Source: an uncultured Alphaproteobacteria bacterium
GTDB lineage: Bacteria > Pseudomonadota > Alphaproteobacteria > RF32 > CAG-239
DNA length: 64,000 nt
Assembly (NCBI GenBank): GCA_944392295.1
Contig: CALXWE010000001.1
Coordinates: 67,239-131,238 of the forward strand
Reading direction: 5' to 3'
In this document: one piece after another, positions 59,565 through 64,000 of the stretch
How positions within the stretch are numbered: the first letter of the stretch is position 1
Layout of the letters: the number at the start of each line of letters is the position of its first letter
Position numbers and translations under genes: made by a program
Notes under the pieces: generated by a model
Seen by the model: only the letters and a program-made list of their open reading frames with translations
What the model was told of the DNA's origin: nothing
Database searches by the model: none

Positions 59565-61133
59565 ATGGCAGAAAAAGGCAGCAAATACGCAAGAAAGCAT
59601 CAACAAATCGTAGAAATAGATGATGACGATTACCAAACAGAATCTTTAGAAGATGATAGCTTTTTAGGAGTTATTTATGATGATGTAACTTTTTTAAGAA
59701 CATTTCAAAAGCTAACGTTAACCGAACAGATTAAGGCGTACAGAACATTAAAACGCTTAGCCGAACCCAAAAGTAACAAAAAGATAAGTCCCTCGGATAG
59801 GCTTTTAGCGCAAACATCAAAATACAAACTTGAGCAGATAAATTTGGCAGCCGGACTACGTTTGGAAGAAAGACAGCATTATGCCTTAAGTGCCGATGAG
59901 CTACATATTATACGTATGGATTGTTATGGCTCGGTAGATGAGCGTCCGCAGCATCAACTTAGTACATATTATCGCGAATTTTTGAAAAATAAGTTACCAA
60001 AGCAAAGTCCTTTTAAGGCGTATGATTTAGATAAAGCCCCGGCTTGGCAGTTATTTCGTCAGTTCCGAAATTTCAGAAAAATTGAAAGGTCGGTTAAACA
60101 ATATCTTGTAAAATCTCGTTTAAATCCCGAAGCACTAAAGGTTATGGGAGTACGCGATTTTTCCGATGTGATTTTCAAAGCGTTTGCCGATAAGTCGAAA
60201 AACGGAAAATCTTTTTTCTTAAAAGGAGATGCTCCGCGTAATGCCTTTGTTAAAAAAGTTTCTAAAAAATTTGAGAGTAAAATCGGTCAATTACTTCGTC
60301 AAGAACATTTAGATGAAAGATATATAAGGTCATTATTAAGCGCCATGCAAACCTTTGGCACTACGGATGCCGAAAAGATTATAATTACGGAAATATATTT
60401 TACGCCGCGTATTTTAAAAGATATGGCTAAGGCCCGTATGGATCATCGGCAATATCATGTAGGAGATGAAATTCCGCCGGCACTTATCAAATCATTAATG
60501 AAGGCAGATAAAGGCTCTATTTTGGCGGCACGAGACGAAGCGGGCAATTTATTGTCGAGCAGTAATTTCCCGTCTTTTGAAGTCCATCATAAAACGGCAG
60601 TGTTAGAAAGCGGAAGTCTGGCATTTATAGCTATGGTCAACTACGAAAACAATTATGTTTTGGTTCCGGCTGATGTCCATCGCCACGTTTTGCACGGCTT
60701 TGATAGGTTAACCAGTGCCGCACATAAAGAAGCGTACCACCGCCGGCTTGAATTTATAGATAAAAATGCCACTTTTATGTCAGGTTTATCTGAAGACAAA
60801 CAGATTTATTTCGATTGGACTAAACGTCCTTCTTACAAAGAGCATCTAAAAGAAGATTCCCAGTATATAGTTTCTTATGATGAGGTTATGGGAAAATTAG
60901 CGCTTAATCGTCAAGAATATATGGAAGGCAGTAAAAGCGTTGAGTTTGATGTAGACAGCGTAGTTCAGGTTATACGTCATAAGCGAGGCATCACCAGCGA
61001 TGAATTGCTTAAAAAGCGCAAGATTAATCGGTTAGAAAAAAACAATAAGCAGGCCATAGCAAAGATTTCGGAAGACAAGATTAATCAGACACTGTCAAAA
61101 TACATCAAGTCGCAAAAATCACGCAAAAAATAA
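59565..61133 (+). CDS. large hypothetical protein with C-terminal HNH/AHH-like His-Me finger motif (candidate nuclease toxin/effector)
   Basis: EVHHK...NNYVLVPADVHRHVLHG resembles HH-N-H arrangement; followed by SUKH immunity-like gene. Confidence 0.4.
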   Translation: MAEKGSKYARKHQQIVEIDDDDYQTESLEDDSFLGVIYDDVTFLRTFQKLTLTEQIKAYRTLKRLAEPKSNKKISPSDRLLAQTSKYKLEQINLAAGLRLEERQHYALSADELHIIRMDCYGSVDERPQHQLSTYYREFLKNKLPKQSPFKAYDLDKAPAWQLFRQFRNFRKIERSVKQYLVKSRLNPEALKVMGVRDFSDVIFKAFADKSKNGKSFFLKGDAPRNAFVKKVSKKFESKIGQLLRQEHLDERYIRSLLSAMQTFGTTDAEKIIITEIYFTPRILKDMAKARMDHRQYHVGDEIPPALIKSLMKADKGSILAARDEAGNLLSSSNFPSFEVHHKTAVLESGSLAFIAMVNYENNYVLVPADVHRHVLHGFDRLTSAAHKEAYHRRLEFIDKNATFMSGLSEDKQIYFDWTKRPSYKEHLKEDSQYIVSYDEVMGKLALNRQEYMEGSKSVEFDVDSVVQVIRHKRGITSDELLKKRKINRLEKNNKQAIAKISEDKINQTLSKYIKSQKSRKK

Positions 61134-61148
61134 CGGGAAAGTAATGTC

Positions 61149-61571
61149 ATGGATAAAATATTATCACTATTGTCCGGCAGTCAGAGTAGATTAAAGTTAG
61201 GAGCTCCGCTTAACGCTAAAGATGTAATTAGTGTTCAAAAAGCACTGACCAGGGAGGGCTTGCCGATTTTGCCGCCTGATTTTATCAATTTTTTAAGACA
61301 TTATAACGGGGTTAAAAGTCAAGATTCGCAAATTTTGGGCATTGCGCCGGTAGCAGACGGGCAAGATGACATAGTATCCTTTAATGATGAGTATAATCAG
61401 TCGCCGGATATGGTGATTTTGGGCTATGATGATTTTGGTTATTTAGTTTATAACACTTCAACAAAAACCTATCAGTTAGTTGACAAAGAGGGCGGTATGG
61501 TGATAGAAGAGTTTTTTGAAGATGAACTGGAATATGCATTGATAAGTGTTATACATGTTAACTGCGAATAA
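61149..61571 (+). CDS. SUKH (Smi1/Knr4)-family immunity protein
   Basis: LPILPPDFINFLRHYNGV and MVILGYDDFGYLVYN motifs typical of SMI1/KNR4. Confidence 0.65.
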   Translation: MDKILSLLSGSQSRLKLGAPLNAKDVISVQKALTREGLPILPPDFINFLRHYNGVKSQDSQILGIAPVADGQDDIVSFNDEYNQSPDMVILGYDDFGYLVYNTSTKTYQLVDKEGGMVIEEFFEDELEYALISVIHVNCE

Positions 61572-62517
61572 AAACAATATATATAAAAACACGCCGGAAA
61601 ACATAGATTACGCAGCTTCCGTAATTAAGAAGGGCGGTCTTGTTGCGTTTCCGACGGAAACGGTTTACGGGCTTGGTGCAAATGTTTACGATGCCAAAGC
61701 GGTAGCCTCGATTTTTGCGGCAAAAGGACGTCCGTCGTTTAATCCGTTAATTTCGCATATTGCGGAAAAAGATTTTGTAAAAGAATATGCCAAAGTCGAT
61801 GAGCGGGTTTTAGCTTTAGCCGATAAGTTTTGGCCCGGTCCTTTAACATTTGTTTTAAACCGTATAGATGATAATCCGGCGCTTGATTTAGCCTGTGCCG
61901 GTTTAAGGACGGTAACGGTACGTATGCCCAATCACCCGGTAGCATTAAGCCTTATTAAAAAGAGCGGGGTGCCGATTGTGGCGCCTTCTGCCAACAAGTC
62001 GCAGACCATAAGCCCGACTACGGCGCAACACGTTGCCGACAGTTTAGGCGATAAGGTCGATGTTATCATTGACGGAGGAGCCTGCAAGGTAGGTGTAGAA
62101 TCAACCATTATCGATGTTACGGGCAAAAATGTTGTTTTGTTAAGAGCAGGGGGTATTGCTCTGGAAGATTTAGAGGCTTTTTTGGGTGAAAAAGTGCTTA
62201 TTTCTCACGGCAATCCCGATTTACCGACATCTCCCGGGCAAATGTTAAAGCACTATGCACCGTCTCATGAGCTGCGTATTAACGCTCAAAGCCGTAATGC
62301 CGATGAGTTTTTTATAGGCTTTGGCGATGTAAAGGATTGTGATTTGAATTTAAGTCCGAGCGGAGATTTATGTGAGGCGGCGGCAAACTTGTTTGCTTAT
62401 ATGCGTTTGGCAGATTCGCAAGACAAATATCCAAAGTTGGCTATGTCGCCGATACCCGAAAGAGGGTTGGGATTGGCCATTAATGACAGAATCCGCCGTG
62501 CCGCATATAAAAAGTAA
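61555..62517 (+). CDS. tsaC: L-threonylcarbamoyladenylate synthase (Sua5/YrdC family, long form)
   Basis: GGLVAFPTETVYGLGA motif; C-terminal Sua5 domain. Confidence 0.85.
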   Translation: MLTANKNNIYKNTPENIDYAASVIKKGGLVAFPTETVYGLGANVYDAKAVASIFAAKGRPSFNPLISHIAEKDFVKEYAKVDERVLALADKFWPGPLTFVLNRIDDNPALDLACAGLRTVTVRMPNHPVALSLIKKSGVPIVAPSANKSQTISPTTAQHVADSLGDKVDVIIDGGACKVGVESTIIDVTGKNVVLLRAGGIALEDLEAFLGEKVLISHGNPDLPTSPGQMLKHYAPSHELRINAQSRNADEFFIGFGDVKDCDLNLSPSGDLCEAAANLFAYMRLADSQDKYPKLAMSPIPERGLGLAINDRIRRAAYKK

Positions 62518-62582
62518 GCTAAAGGTTGACATTTATAATTTAGCGCTTAAGATTTTTAAAAATTAATTTTAAGGAGAAAGTT

Positions 62583-63734
62583 ATGCTAAAAGACACAAAT
62601 AAATGTAAATGTGATAAAGATTGCAAGTGCGGCTGCCAAGAAGGCAAAGAGTGCACCTGCGGTTGTGATAAAGATTGCAAGTGCGGTTGCCAAGAAGGTA
62701 AAGAATGTACTTGCGGATGCGATAAAGATTGCAAGTGCGGTTGCCAAGAAGGTAAAGAATGTACTTGCGGATGCGATAAAGATTGCAAGTGCGGCTGCCA
62801 AGAAGGCAAAGAGTGCACCTGCGGTTGTGATAAAGATTGCAAGTGCGGCTGCCAAGAGGGAAAAGAATGCACCTGTGGTTGCGGTAAAGATTGCAAGTGC
62901 GGTTGCCAAGAAGGTAAAGAATGTACTTGCGGATGCGATAAAGATTGCAAGTGCGGTTGCCGGGAAGGCAAAGAATGTACTTGCGGCTGTGGCAAGGATT
63001 GCAAATGCGGTTGTGGCCGTGGCAAAAAAGTTGTCAGTGCCGCAATGTTGGCTTTTGGTTTGGTGCTTGGCGGATTTTTCCCCGGATACTACTATTACCA
63101 TGCTAAAATGGATGCCAACAGTGTTGTAGTTAAAGGTTTGGCCGAAATGGACGTTAAGGCCGACTTAGCTATCTGGAATATCAAATTTGTTGTAACCGGC
63201 GATGATGTAATCAAAGCTCAACAAGATATGGAAAAGCAAAAAACAGTTGTGCAAGATTTTTTAATCAAGAATAACATTAAAGCCGAAGAAATCAGCGTTG
63301 GAAGGCTGGAAACCAACGATTTAATGGCTAATCCGTATCGCAGCAACAACGATAACAATGTTCGTTTTATTTTAACGCAAAACATAACCGTAAAATCGGC
63401 AAATGTTGATAACATTGCCAAAGTGCTTAATAAATCCGGCGATTTAGTGGCTCAAGGCGTGATATTCAATCAAGATTACGGTTACCCGGTATCATATTTA
63501 TTTACGGGTTTAAATAACATTAAGCCGCAAATGCTTGCCGAAGCTACCAAAAACGCCAAAGAGGCAGCTGAAGAGTTTGCCAAAAATTCCGGCAGCAAAG
63601 TCGGAAAAATTCGCCATGCCAATCAGGGGGTATTTTCAATTTTGCCGCGAGAGCAGAGTGCCTATGCCTCAGAGATGCAAGAGATTGAAAAGAAGGTAAG
63701 AGTAGTATCCACGATTGAATACTGGTTGGAATAA
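62583..63734 (+). CDS. membrane-anchored SIMPL-domain (DUF541/YggE-like) protein with N-terminal metallothionein-like Cys-rich tandem repeats
   Basis: ~7.5 copies of CDKDCKCGCQEGKECTCG, then TM (MLAFGLVLGGFF), then ~220-aa SIMPL-like domain. Confidence 0.65.
   Translation: MLKDTNKCKCDKDCKCGCQEGKECTCGCDKDCKCGCQEGKECTCGCDKDCKCGCQEGKECTCGCDKDCKCGCQEGKECTCGCDKDCKCGCQEGKECTCGCGKDCKCGCQEGKECTCGCDKDCKCGCREGKECTCGCGKDCKCGCGRGKKVVSAAMLAFGLVLGGFFPGYYYYHAKMDANSVVVKGLAEMDVKADLAIWNIKFVVTGDDVIKAQQDMEKQKTVVQDFLIKNNIKAEEISVGRLETNDLMANPYRSNNDNNVRFILTQNITVKSANVDNIAKVLNKSGDLVAQGVIFNQDYGYPVSYLFTGLNNIKPQMLAEATKNAKEAAEEFAKNSGSKVGKIRHANQGVFSILPREQSAYASEMQEIEKKVRVVSTIEYWLE
62608..63030 (+). repeat. 54-bp tandem repeat array (~7.5 units) in coding sequence
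   Basis: Near-perfect 54-nt units encoding 18-aa Cys-rich repeat; all six frames lack stops here. Confidence 0.8.
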
Positions 63735-63792
63735 GATAATTAATCAGTCAATTATAAATATAAGACCGCCGTCATAGATGGCGGTCTTTATT

Positions 63793-63990
63793 TTAAAAAT
63801 CTATAAAGGCTACTCTAATATCAAACACACGTTTCTGTGCGTCTTCATTAAATACATCGCAATAATTATATAAATCGGTTACCGACATATTTTTAAGACG
63901 TGGCTGGTTATTGATTTTTGTTCCGTTTTCGCCATACACAACACCCTTAAAATTATAAGAATTTTCACCTGCCGAGTTCATTAAATTTCA
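63793..63990 (-). pseudogene. truncated pilin-like gene (paralog 7): start MKFNELGR retained, hydrophobic N-domain deleted, frameshifted
   Basis: atgaaatttaatgaactcggcagg followed by tga in frame; a shifted frame continues 62 aa. Confidence 0.5.
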
Positions 63991-64000
63991 TCTAAAATCT

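Noticed and set aside
62540-63129. Long ORFs in alternative frames and on the opposite strand across the Cys-repeat region (62540-63025 -, 62586-63101 -, 62611-63129 +)
   Set aside because: Artefacts of the 54-bp tandem repeat keeping all frames open. Only the 62583 frame has an RBS, a TM segment and a recognisable C-terminal domain.

Overview
This is an AT-rich Gram-negative window of two halves. The DnaK, RecA and TolB sequences look alphaproteobacterial (Rickettsiales-like), but that is inference.

Left half, 1-24.7 kb:
- A phage-derived lysis remnant at the edge (a 5'-partial ORF, then an embedded Rz/Rz1 spanin pair) is followed by a Nuc-like phospholipase D-family nuclease (single HKD motif).
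- tRNA-Phe(GAA) lies on the minus strand, with an ~80-bp direct repeat abutting its 3' end.
- A ~22-kb phage-like cluster (2858-24658) carries a CI/LexA-type S24 repressor, a putative small terminase, a large terminase, portal, scaffold, major capsid, tail proteins, tail fibre, holin and a GH24 lysozyme. No integrase or replication genes are visible.
- Between the large terminase and the portal sits an ~8-kb cargo island built from a ~250-bp cassette repeated five times. Each full cassette has iteron-like 10-11-bp repeats, a promoter, a stem-loop, an intrinsic terminator and a conserved RBS.
- The cassettes drive a family of MTNK-proteins with a shared (and internally duplicated) N-terminal module and variable C-termini, next to membrane, lipoprotein and secreted proteins. 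The arrangement resembles toxin/immunity or injected-protein cassettes.

Right half, 24.7-64 kb:
- Chromosomal genes: ugd, a DMT permease, a translationally coupled ECF-sigma/LTXXQ (CpxP-like) operon, an alpha/beta hydrolase, a GT4 glycosyltransferase, thrS, a CorC/HlyC transporter, opgG-opgH, an autotransporter with repeats, a MATE transporter, a tandem-ArsR regulator, tolB, two tandem GT2 genes, fabI, a YihY-family protein, recA, dnaK, pepA and tsaC/sua5.
- Interspersed among them, all on the minus strand, are seven paralogous type IV pilin-like genes, one of them truncated. Each full-length copy is preceded by a conserved ~80-bp upstream element containing a poly-T tract of variable length (9-13), which makes it a phase-variation candidate.
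- A putative HNH/AHH-like toxin with a SUKH (Smi1/Knr4) immunity protein.
- A gene fusing about 7.5 metallothionein-like Cys-rich 18-aa repeats (a 54-bp tandem repeat at the DNA level), a TM segment and a SIMPL domain.
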